Source of the DNA: Terriglobia bacterium
GTDB taxonomy: Bacteria > Acidobacteriota > Terriglobia > 20CM-2-55-15
Assembly (NCBI GenBank): GCA_965198225.1
Contig: CBDAOY010000009.1
Coordinates: 224,001-288,000 of the forward strand
Length of the DNA stretch: 64,000 nucleotides
Direction of reading: 5' to 3'
Position numbers and translations under genes: made by a program. Shown here one piece after another: positions 9,529-18,510 of this stretch. Every line of letters begins with the position of its first letter. Positions within the stretch are counted from its first letter, which is position 1. Below the pieces are notes generated by a model. The model was not told the origin of the DNA, did not search any database, and saw only the letters and a list, made by a program, of their open reading frames with translations.

Positions 9529-10041
9529 GTGGCTCGAAACATCGAGATCAAAGCCCGAGCGCGCAACTTCGACAGGCAATCGCGGTTGGCCGAGGACCTG
9601 GGGACCGGAGTCGCTGAACATCTCTTCCAGGAAGACACGTTCTTCGACGTTCCGAGAGGTCGCCTCAAACTCCGGACCTTCGAGAATGGTGCTGGGGAGC
9701 TGATTCAGTATGACCGTGCCGACATCACCGATCCCACGGAGTCCCGGTATGTGCTCGCTCCGACGGATCAGCCCCAGACCCTCAAGCAAGCACTGTCCAA
9801 TGCGCTCGGGGTTCGGGCGGTTGTCCTAAAGAAACGCGTGGTTCATATGGTCGGTCGAACGCGGATCCATCTCGACCGGGTTGAAGGCCTGGGTGAATTC
9901 ATCGAACTCGAAGTGGTCCTCGATCCGGATGAACCGGCTACCGACGGCATCCGGGTGGCGGAAGAACTGATGTCTAAGCTCGAGATCCGGAAAGCGGATC
10001 TGATCGAATCGGCGTACGTGGACCTGGCGACACGAGATTGA
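9529..10041 (+). CDS. CYTH / class IV adenylate cyclase family protein
   Basis: ARNIEIKAR (ExK), GRLKLR and RIHLDRVEGLGEFIELEVVL. Confidence 0.9.
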   Translation: MARNIEIKARARNFDRQSRLAEDLGTGVAEHLFQEDTFFDVPRGRLKLRTFENGAGELIQYDRADITDPTESRYVLAPTDQPQTLKQALSNALGVRAVVLKKRVVHMVGRTRIHLDRVEGLGEFIELEVVLDPDEPATDGIRVAEELMSKLEIRKADLIESAYVDLATRD

Positions 10042-10475
10042 GTCTGGTGGAAGGCATGGTCACCGCGGCCGAATTCAAGAAACGACTGGCCGCTCTGTGC
10101 CTGAGCGGAGGGGGTCACACCTTGCCCCGGAGGCAGCGGGATCGGCTCATTCTCCTGCGAAGCGTTCTCCAGACCCTGGATGCGAGCCGAAGCTATCCGG
10201 AAAAGGAGCTGAACGCCAGCTTGAAGGGCTGGCTCTCTGACATCGGCACGTCGTTCAAGCTCGACCACGCCAGCCTTCGCCGGTATCTCGTCGACGAAGG
10301 ATATCTGGTCCGAAACTCTGAGGGCTCCGTCTACGAGGTTCATTTCGAAGGTCGTGGAGAGACGATGTTCGAAGATTCGGTTCAGGAACTCAACCCCCGA
10401 GCTGTTCTCGAGCAGGCACGTGAAGAAGCCAGGGATCGGAAACGCGCACACGCTCGAAAGCTGGAACAGCCATGA
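10038..10475 (+). CDS. DUF2087 domain protein
   Basis: SYPEKELN...DHASLRRYLVDEGYLVR. Confidence 0.8.
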   Translation: MSLVEGMVTAAEFKKRLAALCLSGGGHTLPRRQRDRLILLRSVLQTLDASRSYPEKELNASLKGWLSDIGTSFKLDHASLRRYLVDEGYLVRNSEGSVYEVHFEGRGETMFEDSVQELNPRAVLEQAREEARDRKRAHARKLEQP

Positions 10476-10650
10476 CTCCGCCGCAGGAGGTGGCGTGCCC
10501 GGGATGCGGCCTGCGGATGCCGGAGAGCGCGAACGCGAGTTACGACGGGTATTTCAAATCCGGGAGTGGGCAAACCTCGTCTGGGCCACATGGTCCGCAC
10601 ACCACGGAGGCGTCGCGGATGTCGTCGGAAAGCATCTCGATTTTGATTGA
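10472..10650 (+). pseudogene. DUF5946-like gene with internal deletion (N- and C-termini joined out of frame)
   Basis: CPGCG..YDGYF in one frame and QIREWANLVWATWSAHH...stop 10650 in another; junction near 10555. Confidence 0.6.
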
Positions 10651-10931
10651 ATCCCGCGCATCCCGCCTTGTCGGCCCGTTTGATTGACACCTCCCTCCCG
10701 CGGCGCTAGGATGGCCCACGATGCCCCCGGAGGGGCCGATGGGCGAAGAGAACGTGCCCCCCATTGATGGCCTGGAACGCGACGCTGGTTCCGGGTCATA
10801 CCGTCAGCGGGTTGGATACCCTTCGGCGATTCGATCCGGGAACGAATCTACGGAGAAGTCCTAAAACAGAACTCGAGACCCCTCAGGTCTCGAAATCCGC
10901 GAGGGATCAACCCTCGCCAGGGGAGCGAACG

Positions 10932-11492
10932 ATGGTTGGAATAATGTCACTGTGGCTTCCGATCTTGCTGTCGGCAGTGTTGGTCTTTGTCGCCAGTTCT
11001 GTCATTCACATGTTCCTGCCGTACCATCGCTCCGATTTCGGCAAGGTTCCCGACGAGGACGGTGTGATGGACGCGCTTCGCGGGTTCGACATCGCGCCCG
11101 GTGACTACGTGATTCCCTGTGCCGGAAGCCCGAAGGAAATGGGTTCACCGGAATTCATCGAAAAGACGACCAAAGGGCCGGTCGGATTCCTAACGATGAT
11201 GGAGAGCGGGCCGCAGTCGATGACGATGAGCCTGATCCTGTGGTTCGTCTACTCGCTCATCGTCGGAGTCATCGCGGCTTATTTTTCCGGTCGGGCGCTC
11301 GGACCAGGTGCCGACTATCTGGACGTGTTCCGTTTTGCGGGCACCGCCGCGTTCGTCGCTTATTCGCTGGCGCTGCCGCAGAATTCCATCTGGTACAAGC
11401 GCAACTGGAGCATGACGCTCAAGTCGATGTTCGACGGGTTGGTGTACGGCCTGTTCACCGGTGGAGTCTTCGGGTGGCTGTGGCCGTCTTAG
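10932..11492 (+). CDS. Conserved multi-pass membrane protein
   Basis: [24 protein letters not shown]; about 4 TM segments; GGGGAG RBS. Confidence 0.75.
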   Translation: MVGIMSLWLPILLSAVLVFVASSVIHMFLPYHRSDFGKVPDEDGVMDALRGFDIAPGDYVIPCAGSPKEMGSPEFIEKTTKGPVGFLTMMESGPQSMTMSLILWFVYSLIVGVIAAYFSGRALGPGADYLDVFRFAGTAAFVAYSLALPQNSIWYKRNWSMTLKSMFDGLVYGLFTGGVFGWLWPS

Positions 11493-11502
11493 GAGACACC
11501 AC

Positions 11503-12120
11503 ATGAAGAACGCTTCACCCCAGGTCGACGCCTATATCGAAGAGTCCGCAGATTTTGCCAAGCCGGTACTCGTCAAGCTGCGGAAGCTCGTCCACAAGGG
11601 CTGTCCTGTGGCTGAAGAAACCATAAAATGGGGCAACCCATACTTCGTACACAAAGGAATGCTCGCGGGAATGGCGGCGTTCAAGGCGCATGTCGGCTTC
11701 AGTTTCTGGAAAGGCAAATTGCTTTCCGACCCGCACGGCCTTTTCGATGGGGTCGGCAATACCGGCATGACCGCCATCAAGGCGACGGACGTCTCAGAGC
11801 TTCCACCGGACAAGGTGATGCTCCAGTACATCAGGGAAGCCGTCGAGCTCAACGACGCGGACGGGAAACCCAAGGAAACGAAGCCCAAGAAGAAAGCCGC
11901 GAAGCTGAAGGTTCCCGACTACTTCATCGCCGCGTTGAAGAAGAACAAGAAGGCGCGCGCCACCTTCGAGAGCTTCAGTCAGTCACACCGCAACGAATAC
12001 GTCGAGTGGATCGTGGAAGCCAAGCAGGAGGCCACGCGCACGAAGAGGCTGGGGACCGCGATCGAATGGATGGCGGAAGGGAAGCCGCGTAACTGGAAGT
12101 ACATGAAGAGCTGGAAGTAG
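11503..12120 (+). CDS. DUF1801 + YdeI/OmpD-associated protein
   Basis: EETIKWGNP...HRNEYVEWIVEAKQEATR...GKPRNWKY. Confidence 0.9.
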   Translation: MKNASPQVDAYIEESADFAKPVLVKLRKLVHKGCPVAEETIKWGNPYFVHKGMLAGMAAFKAHVGFSFWKGKLLSDPHGLFDGVGNTGMTAIKATDVSELPPDKVMLQYIREAVELNDADGKPKETKPKKKAAKLKVPDYFIAALKKNKKARATFESFSQSHRNEYVEWIVEAKQEATRTKRLGTAIEWMAEGKPRNWKYMKSWK

Positions 12121-12151
12121 CGGCTGCAAGACGACCCAGCTACCTAATACC

Positions 12152-12691
12152 ATGCCCCGACATCCGGATGCCGACGCCGCCCTGGTCCGCAGGCTGCACC
12201 AACTCGTGTTCGAAGATGAGGAGTTTCGCTCGGCGGTAGCGGAGGCGTTCGAGAGGGCACAGGCTGAGCTCGAAAGCGAAGAGAACACGCTTCCCTATTC
12301 CAGCGCCGAAGTCCCACTCGCTGCGTTCAAGAGCAAGCTTGCGGAAGACCTGCGCGACAAGGTCAACCTGTGCAGGGTGTTCATCCTCCGGAAGGGAAGG
12401 CGGATGGAAACGCCCGAGATCCACCGAAACAGCATCCAGCGGCTCACGTCCTACCAGGGTCGTGGCACCATCCACTCCGCCGCTCCGGGCGGCCAGGACA
12501 TGGATTTCAAACCCTACGCGCTGGACGATCCAGAGCAGTCCCTCGTCGCGGACCCGAACCAGGTCTGGGACGTCGTCCCCTTGAACACATGGCATTTTCC
12601 GGAGGCATCGGCCGAGGGTGACTGGCACACGGTCACGTTCCACAGCGCCGACAGTGCGGAGATCGTCGACGAATACACCACGCCACGGTAG
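12152..12691 (+). CDS. Hypothetical cupin-like protein
   Basis: PEIHRNSIQ and VVPLNTWHFP resemble cupin metal motifs. Confidence 0.55.
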   Translation: MPRHPDADAALVRRLHQLVFEDEEFRSAVAEAFERAQAELESEENTLPYSSAEVPLAAFKSKLAEDLRDKVNLCRVFILRKGRRMETPEIHRNSIQRLTSYQGRGTIHSAAPGGQDMDFKPYALDDPEQSLVADPNQVWDVVPLNTWHFPEASAEGDWHTVTFHSADSAEIVDEYTTPR

Positions 12692-12714
12692 GCGCCACGA
12701 GTAGAATCTCTTCC

Positions 12715-12777
12715 GTGCGCGTTTTCCTGGCACACGAACGCTGGGCTCTGCTGGCTGAGGAGTGGAGGCCGCAATGA
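12715..12777 (+). pseudogene. 20-codon remnant of a RimJ/RimL-type GNAT gene
   Basis: GTG-RVFLA-HERWALLAEEWRPQ-TGA; TAGAAT 7 nt upstream; TGA overlaps the NUDIX ATG. Confidence 0.55.
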
Positions 12778-13259
12778 GCGCCGTCATCCATCGGAACGCG
12801 GTACGCGCACTGCTGATTTCTCCTGAAACGGAAATACTGATGATACAGCTCCGCGATCCGGAGACGGCCCGCCGCTTCTGGATCGCGCCCGGTGGCGGCC
12901 TCCGCGACGAGGAGCCTCCCGAAGCCGGCTTGAGGCGGGAACTGTCCGAGGAAGTGGGGCTGGGGAACTTCACCCCCGGGCCGCTGGTCTGGAAACGCCA
13001 GCACACCTTCAACTGGGCAGGCACGCGTGTCTGCCAGAGGGAACGCTTTTACGCGGTCCGCACCGAGCGATTCGAGCCGGTCATGACCGACTCATACGAG
13101 GCGGGTTTCGTCGAACAGTTCCGTTGGTGGACACTGCCCGATATCGAGCAATCGGCGGAAGACTTCACGCCGCGATCGATCGTCAGAATCGTCAGACGCT
13201 ACGTCGAGCAGGGTCCGCCGGGCGAACAGGAACTGGAGTTCGAAGTTCTGATCGATTAA
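12774..13259 (+). CDS. NUDIX hydrolase
   Basis: Nudix box PGGGLRDEEPPEAGLRRELSEEVGL; GGAGG RBS. Confidence 0.9.
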   Translation: MSAVIHRNAVRALLISPETEILMIQLRDPETARRFWIAPGGGLRDEEPPEAGLRRELSEEVGLGNFTPGPLVWKRQHTFNWAGTRVCQRERFYAVRTERFEPVMTDSYEAGFVEQFRWWTLPDIEQSAEDFTPRSIVRIVRRYVEQGPPGEQELEFEVLID

Positions 13260-13409
13260 CCCCAGCCCGCCCCTAGTGGCTCACGAAGGAGTGCCGGAAG
13301 CGAACTGGACTTCACGCAATCGTTTTCATATCGTCGAAGCCGTTCATTCCAGGAGGTTAATACCGAGTCCGGCTCATCGAGATCCCGCAAAGCCGGCGAA
13401 GGAGAGAAT

Positions 13410-14115
13410 CATGGCGTTCCACGGGTTTCGGGGTATTGGGCTCGGAGCATTGATCCTGGTCCTCACATCGTTCCCAATCGCGGGTCAGCAGGGGGCGACA
13501 GATGGAGAGTGGCGGGTTACCGGAGGCGATCAGGGACACACCCGTTACGCGCCGCTCGATCAGATCAATCGGGAAAACGTCGGGGAACTCGAGATCGCGT
13601 GGACCTGGAAGTCGGACAACTATGGCAGCCGCCAGGAGTTCAAGAACGAGACGACGCCCATCATGGTGGGCGGGGTTCTCTACTTCACGGCCGGGGACCG
13701 GAGGATCGGTCGTGGCAGCCGATGCCGGCTCGGGCGAGACGCTCTGGATATGGCGGATCGACGAGGGAGAGCGATTTGACAGGGCGCCCCGAAAGAACGC
13801 ACGCGGTGTAGCCTACTGGACGGACGGTCAAGAAGAGAGGATTTTCACAGTCACACCGGGCTTCCACCTGGTCGCACTGGACCGAGCGACCGGCGACCCA
13901 GTCGAGGGATTCGGTCGGAACGGCGTCGTGGATCTGTTTGCCGAACTGGGCGTCGACTTCGATCCCATCGGCTCGATCGGCAACAGTTCGCCCCCCGTCG
14001 TGGCCCACGATGTGGTCGTTGTCGGGCCGGCGCTGGTTCCCGGCGGCAGACCCCCTTCACGCCGAAACACCAAAGCCGACGTGATGGCGTTCGATGCGCG
14101 CACCGGTAAGAAGGT
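13410..14115 (+). pseudogene. PQQ-dependent (glucose/quinate-type) dehydrogenase fragment, frameshifted and truncated
   Basis: Signal peptide, GHTRYAPLDQINRENV and TPIMVGGVLY; extra base near 13703; similarity ends after AFDARTGKK. Confidence 0.75.
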
Positions 14116-14190
14116 CTCGGCGGATGCCGCATCGATACTCCTTTACGCTAGGCGATCCCTTATAATCATGCGGTTCCCACGGGATACACC

Positions 14191-14919
14191 ATGCGGATCG
14201 CCCTCATCTCCGACCTCCATGCGAACGAAGTCGCCCTGGGGGCGGTGCTGGAGGATATCGAGCGGTCCGACGTCGACGAGGTCGTGTGCCTGGGTGACGT
14301 GGCGACGCTCGGCCCGCAACCGGAAGCGGTAATCGACCGGCTCCGCCGGATGGAGTGTCCCTGCATCATGGGAAACCACGACGCGTTCCTGTTGGATTCC
14401 GAGCTGATCCACACCTACACGGAAGCACCGGTCGTCGTCGATGCGGTGGACTGGTGTCGAGACCAGATCTCGGATGAAGACATGGAGTTTCTGGGTTCGT
14501 TCGTCTCGTCGCTGGAGATCGAGCTGGAAGCAGAGAAGAAACTCCTGCTGTTCCACGGCTCGCCGCGATCGCACATGGAAGATCTGCTGGCCACGACCCC
14601 GGCCGAGGATCTGGATGTGATGCTGGACGGAAACCAGGCCGCTGTCATGGCGGGCGGCCATACCCATCTTCAGATGTTGCGCCAGCATGGAGAGACGCTG
14701 CTCGTCAACCCGGGCAGCGTCGGCCTGCCGTTCAGGGAGTATTCGCCGGGTCGCGCACCGACGGTGCTCGATCACGCGGCCTACGCAATCGTGGAGGCTA
14801 CAGACGGGCAGATCAACGTGAACCTGCGTCGCGTTCCGCTCGAACGACACCGGCTGTGCGAGGCGGCCGGGGGGAGGGATCACCCGCTGCGGGAGATGCT
14901 GCTCGATCAGTATTCGTGA
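14191..14919 (+). CDS. Metallophosphoesterase (calcineurin-like, YfcE type)
   Basis: SDLH, LGD, GNHD, FHGSP, GHTH and NPGSVG motifs. Confidence 0.92.
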   Translation: MRIALISDLHANEVALGAVLEDIERSDVDEVVCLGDVATLGPQPEAVIDRLRRMECPCIMGNHDAFLLDSELIHTYTEAPVVVDAVDWCRDQISDEDMEFLGSFVSSLEIELEAEKKLLLFHGSPRSHMEDLLATTPAEDLDVMLDGNQAAVMAGGHTHLQMLRQHGETLLVNPGSVGLPFREYSPGRAPTVLDHAAYAIVEATDGQINVNLRRVPLERHRLCEAAGGRDHPLREMLLDQYS

Positions 14920-14925
14920 GGAAAC

Positions 14926-15795
14926 ATGCTGACGGACTCGCAAACCCGACAGTTCTGGGACGACGGCTACCTCGTCGTCGAAGACGCGGTCCGCAGCGAG
15001 GAGCTGTCGGCCATCAAGGTCCAGCTCCAGGATTGGGTCGAGGAAAGCCGCTCCCACACCGAGCCGTTCGGGTCACCGACCGTCGACAACCGGCCACGAT
15101 TCGACATGGGATCGGAACATTCCCACGATCATCCGGCGCTCCGTCGGGTCAACAACCCCTCGGAGGTCAGTCCGGCGTACTTCCAGGTCATGAGTCGGTC
15201 CGCCATGGTGGACATGGTCGCGGATCTTGTCGGTCCCGACGTCAAGTTTCACCACTGCAAGATCAACCTCAAGTTGCCGGGCTCGTTCACGTCGGTCGAC
15301 TATCACCAGGACTTCGCCTACACCCCCCACACGAACGACGACGTCGTCACGGCTTTGCTGATGCTGGACGACATGAGGACCGACAACGGGTGCCTGACCG
15401 CCGTGCCCGGCTCGCATCGGGGTCCGATCTACTCGCTCTTCGATGGAGCCACTTTTTCGGGGAGGGTCAGCGCCGAAATCGGGTCGACGGCGCTTGAGGG
15501 GGAAGCGCCGATTACCGGAAGGGCAGGCAGCGCTTGCCTGATGCACACGCGCCTGCTGCACGGGTCTCGCGCAAACGAATCGGCGCAGGCTCGCGGTCTC
15601 TACATCTGCGTCTACGCTGCGGCTGACGCCTTTCCCATCGCGCGGAATCCCATGCCCAACCCGCAGGAAGGGATGATCGTCCGGGGTAGAAGGTCTCGGG
15701 TGGCGCGCCTGATGAAAGCCGAAATCGAACTTCCCGAACAGCCGAAGAGCGCTTCGTTCTTTACCGTAATCGGACAGGACTCGGCGAAAGGCTAG
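14926..15795 (+). CDS. Phytanoyl-CoA dioxygenase (PhyH) family protein
   Basis: YHQD, NGCLTAVPGSH and LLHGS facial-triad motifs. Confidence 0.9.
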   Translation: MLTDSQTRQFWDDGYLVVEDAVRSEELSAIKVQLQDWVEESRSHTEPFGSPTVDNRPRFDMGSEHSHDHPALRRVNNPSEVSPAYFQVMSRSAMVDMVADLVGPDVKFHHCKINLKLPGSFTSVDYHQDFAYTPHTNDDVVTALLMLDDMRTDNGCLTAVPGSHRGPIYSLFDGATFSGRVSAEIGSTALEGEAPITGRAGSACLMHTRLLHGSRANESAQARGLYICVYAAADAFPIARNPMPNPQEGMIVRGRRSRVARLMKAEIELPEQPKSASFFTVIGQDSAKG

Positions 15796-15869
15796 CCCGT
15801 TATGCCTGTCGAAACGATAATCTTGTGCCAGTTACTTGCATAACGGGCCAGGCGCCGAAGGCGCGGCGA

Positions 15870-16021
15870 GGAAGCGGCGCGCGGCTGGTTAGCGCCGCGC
15901 AAGCGAACGAGCCGGGGTTCCGGGGCAGAGCCCCGGCTAATTGGAAAGCCGGAAGCGGCGCGCGGCTGGCAGCGCCGCGCAAGCGAACGAGCCGGGGTCC
16001 GGGGCAGAGCCCCGGCTAATT
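15870..16021. repeat. Tandem duplication of a ~72-bp hairpin-rich unit
   Basis: 15870-15942 and 15951-16021 are near-identical; each ends CCGGGGCAGAGCCCCGGCTAATT. Confidence 0.9.
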
Positions 16022-16034
16022 AGCGGAGGAGGAA

Positions 16035-16844
16035 ATGACGATGAAGATACAGCTGACGGCTCTGATTCTGGTCCTGGTCGCGATCGCCGCGGATGCTCAA
16101 CAGGAAGAAACACGCTGGGCCGACTCCCTCCTCGAAGCGCATGCCAGCGGCACACACCTGCCGATGGTTTCGGTCGAGGTACCGGCCATGAGCGCGGAAG
16201 AAGCATACGCGATCCAGCGCGACTACGTGCAGGGACGACTCCGAAACGACAGGATCGCCGGATTCAAGGGTGCGAGTATGTCTTCGGCCAGCCCGCTGAG
16301 CGGTGTGCTGTTCGAGTCCGGCGCACGAACCCAGAACGCCACGATAGGCCGATCGGCTTTCATAGCGCCGATGATCGAAACCGAACTGGGCATCCTCATC
16401 GGGAAAAGGATCACGGAACCGATACCCACCGAGTCCCGGCTTCGGGACGCGATTTCCGGTTTCATGCCCGTGATCGAACTGCCGGACGCAGCGCTTGCGG
16501 ACATGGCTTCCGCCCAGCCGGTCGACATCATCGCCGCAAACACGCTGTCCACCCAGTACATCAAGGGCTCAGCGGTTCCCCGATCGACCATCGACCCGAA
16601 CGAAATCCAGGTGGCCCTGCTCCGCGACGGCATGCCTGTAGGCCGGGGTGCGGCGACCGATTCGATGGGCGATCAATGGACGGCCGCCCTGTGGCTCGTG
16701 AACGAAATCGTCGGCCGCGGCTACGAGATCAAAGTCGGCCAGATCCTACTCACCGGGGCCCTCGGGAACATCATTCCGGGTCAACCCGGGACCTACGTGG
16801 CGGATTACGGCGACCTGGGGCGGATAACGTTCCGGCTCCGCTGA
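16035..16844 (+). CDS. 2-keto-4-pentenoate hydratase/FAH-family protein with signal peptide
   Basis: AYAIQ, GFK, IETELG, IELPD and ILLTGAL; N-terminal signal ending ADA-Q. Confidence 0.8.
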   Translation: MTMKIQLTALILVLVAIAADAQQEETRWADSLLEAHASGTHLPMVSVEVPAMSAEEAYAIQRDYVQGRLRNDRIAGFKGASMSSASPLSGVLFESGARTQNATIGRSAFIAPMIETELGILIGKRITEPIPTESRLRDAISGFMPVIELPDAALADMASAQPVDIIAANTLSTQYIKGSAVPRSTIDPNEIQVALLRDGMPVGRGAATDSMGDQWTAALWLVNEIVGRGYEIKVGQILLTGALGNIIPGQPGTYVADYGDLGRITFRLR

Positions 16845-16872
16845 AGGCTGTTGAATCTTTTTGGGGGAGATG

Positions 16873-17136
16873 ATGGCGACACGCCCGTCCGAAAACCCGA
16901 TGCGCATCCAATTATCGGAGGATCGGAAGCAGGCTCTCCTCGACTCACTCACTAAATTCTACCTTGGAGAATTCGACGAGGAGTTGAGCGACTACCGGGC
17001 ACGGAGGATCCTGGCATTTTTCGTCAAGGCCCTCGGACCTCCAGTCTACAACCAGGCGATCGGCGACGCTCGATCTTTCATGCTTGAGAAACTGGAAGAC
17101 CTGGACGCCGAATTCTACGAGCCGGAGGATCAGTGA
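16873..17136 (+). CDS. DUF2164 family protein
   Basis: FFVKALGPPVYNQAIGDA motif. Confidence 0.85.
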   Translation: MATRPSENPMRIQLSEDRKQALLDSLTKFYLGEFDEELSDYRARRILAFFVKALGPPVYNQAIGDARSFMLEKLEDLDAEFYEPEDQ

Positions 17137-17237
17137 GCAACGCGAAAATCATCGGCAGCGCACCCGTCCTGTTGGTGGAGGATGTCGTGCAGTCGGCAAA
17201 TCATGACATCGGCTTCGGTCAGGACCTCGCATCCTGA
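17133..17237 (+). pseudogene. 34-codon remnant of a VOC/glyoxalase gene (in-frame internal deletion)
   Basis: MSNAKIIGSAPVLLVEDVVQSANH joined to DIGFGQDLAS*; GTG overlaps the upstream TGA. Confidence 0.65.
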
Positions 17238-17253
17238 AGAGCTTGCCGCCGCG

Positions 17254-18042
17254 ATGGAAGCGACTTTGACGCCAGATGAGATTATCGAGCGATCGTTCGG
17301 GGATTACTTCTGGGTTCCCGAGGACGTCACCGTCGTCGACAGACCCGAGATCATCTACTACTCGTGCCCACGCGATGTGGGCTATCTGAATATGGTAACC
17401 CGGATCCGTGCCGGCGCGGATCAGGTCGCCGGCCTGATCGAGGAGGTCCTAGCGGCGCACCGCGGGCGGCGTTCCACCTGGGTCGTCCCGTCAAACGACC
17501 GGAACAGGGATCTCGAGCGGCGACTGCTGGAAGCCTCCTACTCGTCGCACGAGTACCGCGTGTGTACGGCGCCGGTCGACGAATATTCCTGTGCCCGCGA
17601 GAACACAGAAATCGTCGTCCGGGTCATCGACGGCATGGAGCGACTGCGGGACGCCGTGTGGGTCGGAGCCCGGGCTTTCGGAGAACCGGCCGATATCACC
17701 GACGCACAGTTCGAAAGCGATCTTCGGCTGTGTACGGGGGCCGAACCGAGAGTCTACCGGTTTGTTGCCTACGAAAAGCGAACCGAGCGGCCGGTATGCA
17801 CGGGAAACATGACACTGTTTCGCGACCACGCCTTCGCCTTCTTCTGGGGCGGCGGAACCGTTCCCGAAGCACGTCGGCGCGGTTTCTATTCGGCGGTCTT
17901 GACCGCCCGGGTGGGCCTGGCCCGGAACCTCGGGATATCGACGGTCGGTATGTGCGCGCGAAGCGACACATCCGCCCCCATCGTCACCCGCTTCGGGTTT
18001 CGGCCCTCCGGCGTTTTTCACCTCTGGGACCGCGTCGCATGA
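17254..18042 (+). CDS. GNAT family acetyltransferase
   Basis: FFWGGGTVPEARRRGFY and SAPIVTRFGF. Confidence 0.8.
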   Translation: MEATLTPDEIIERSFGDYFWVPEDVTVVDRPEIIYYSCPRDVGYLNMVTRIRAGADQVAGLIEEVLAAHRGRRSTWVVPSNDRNRDLERRLLEASYSSHEYRVCTAPVDEYSCARENTEIVVRVIDGMERLRDAVWVGARAFGEPADITDAQFESDLRLCTGAEPRVYRFVAYEKRTERPVCTGNMTLFRDHAFAFFWGGGTVPEARRRGFYSAVLTARVGLARNLGISTVGMCARSDTSAPIVTRFGFRPSGVFHLWDRVA

Positions 18043-18504
18043 CAAGGACGGGTTTCATCCTCCGGCGGGTACAGACGCCCGATGAACTCGCCGAAGCTCT
18101 TGCGATTCGCAGGGAAGTCTTCGTCAGCGAGCAGGGCATACCGGCCGAGTTGGACGCCGACGGCCGCGACACGACCGGGCTTCACGTTCTGATCTACGAC
18201 GGCGAAATCGCGGCGGCAACCGGGAGAGCCTGTCTGGAGAACGATGAGGCGACACTGGCCCGAATCGCGGTTCGCCGCGAATACAGGGGGCATGGTCTTG
18301 GGGGTCGGGTCGTGCGGGAGTTGGAGAGATGGGCCGTCGAAGAAGGGGCGAACCGGTTCGTGCTCTATCCCCACGCCTACCTTGAAAGCTTCTACGAGCC
18401 TCGGCTATCGGAAAACCTCCGAGGCTGGAACAGTGGGCGAACACCGGCTGATAGAGATGGAAAGAACATCCGGCCTGCAAAGAGAAGGTCAGGGAACTAC
18501 CTGA
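18039..18504 (+). pseudogene. ElaA/YjcF-type GNAT with frameshift near 18397
   Basis: IRREVFVSEQGIP..ELD..D and RIAVRREYRGHGLG; expected FYxSLGY is split across frames. Confidence 0.7.
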
Positions 18505-18510
18505 AACGCC

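Noticed and set aside
10688-10931. Additional gene remnant before the membrane protein
   Set aside because: Short ORFs exist but I could not recognise any family signature
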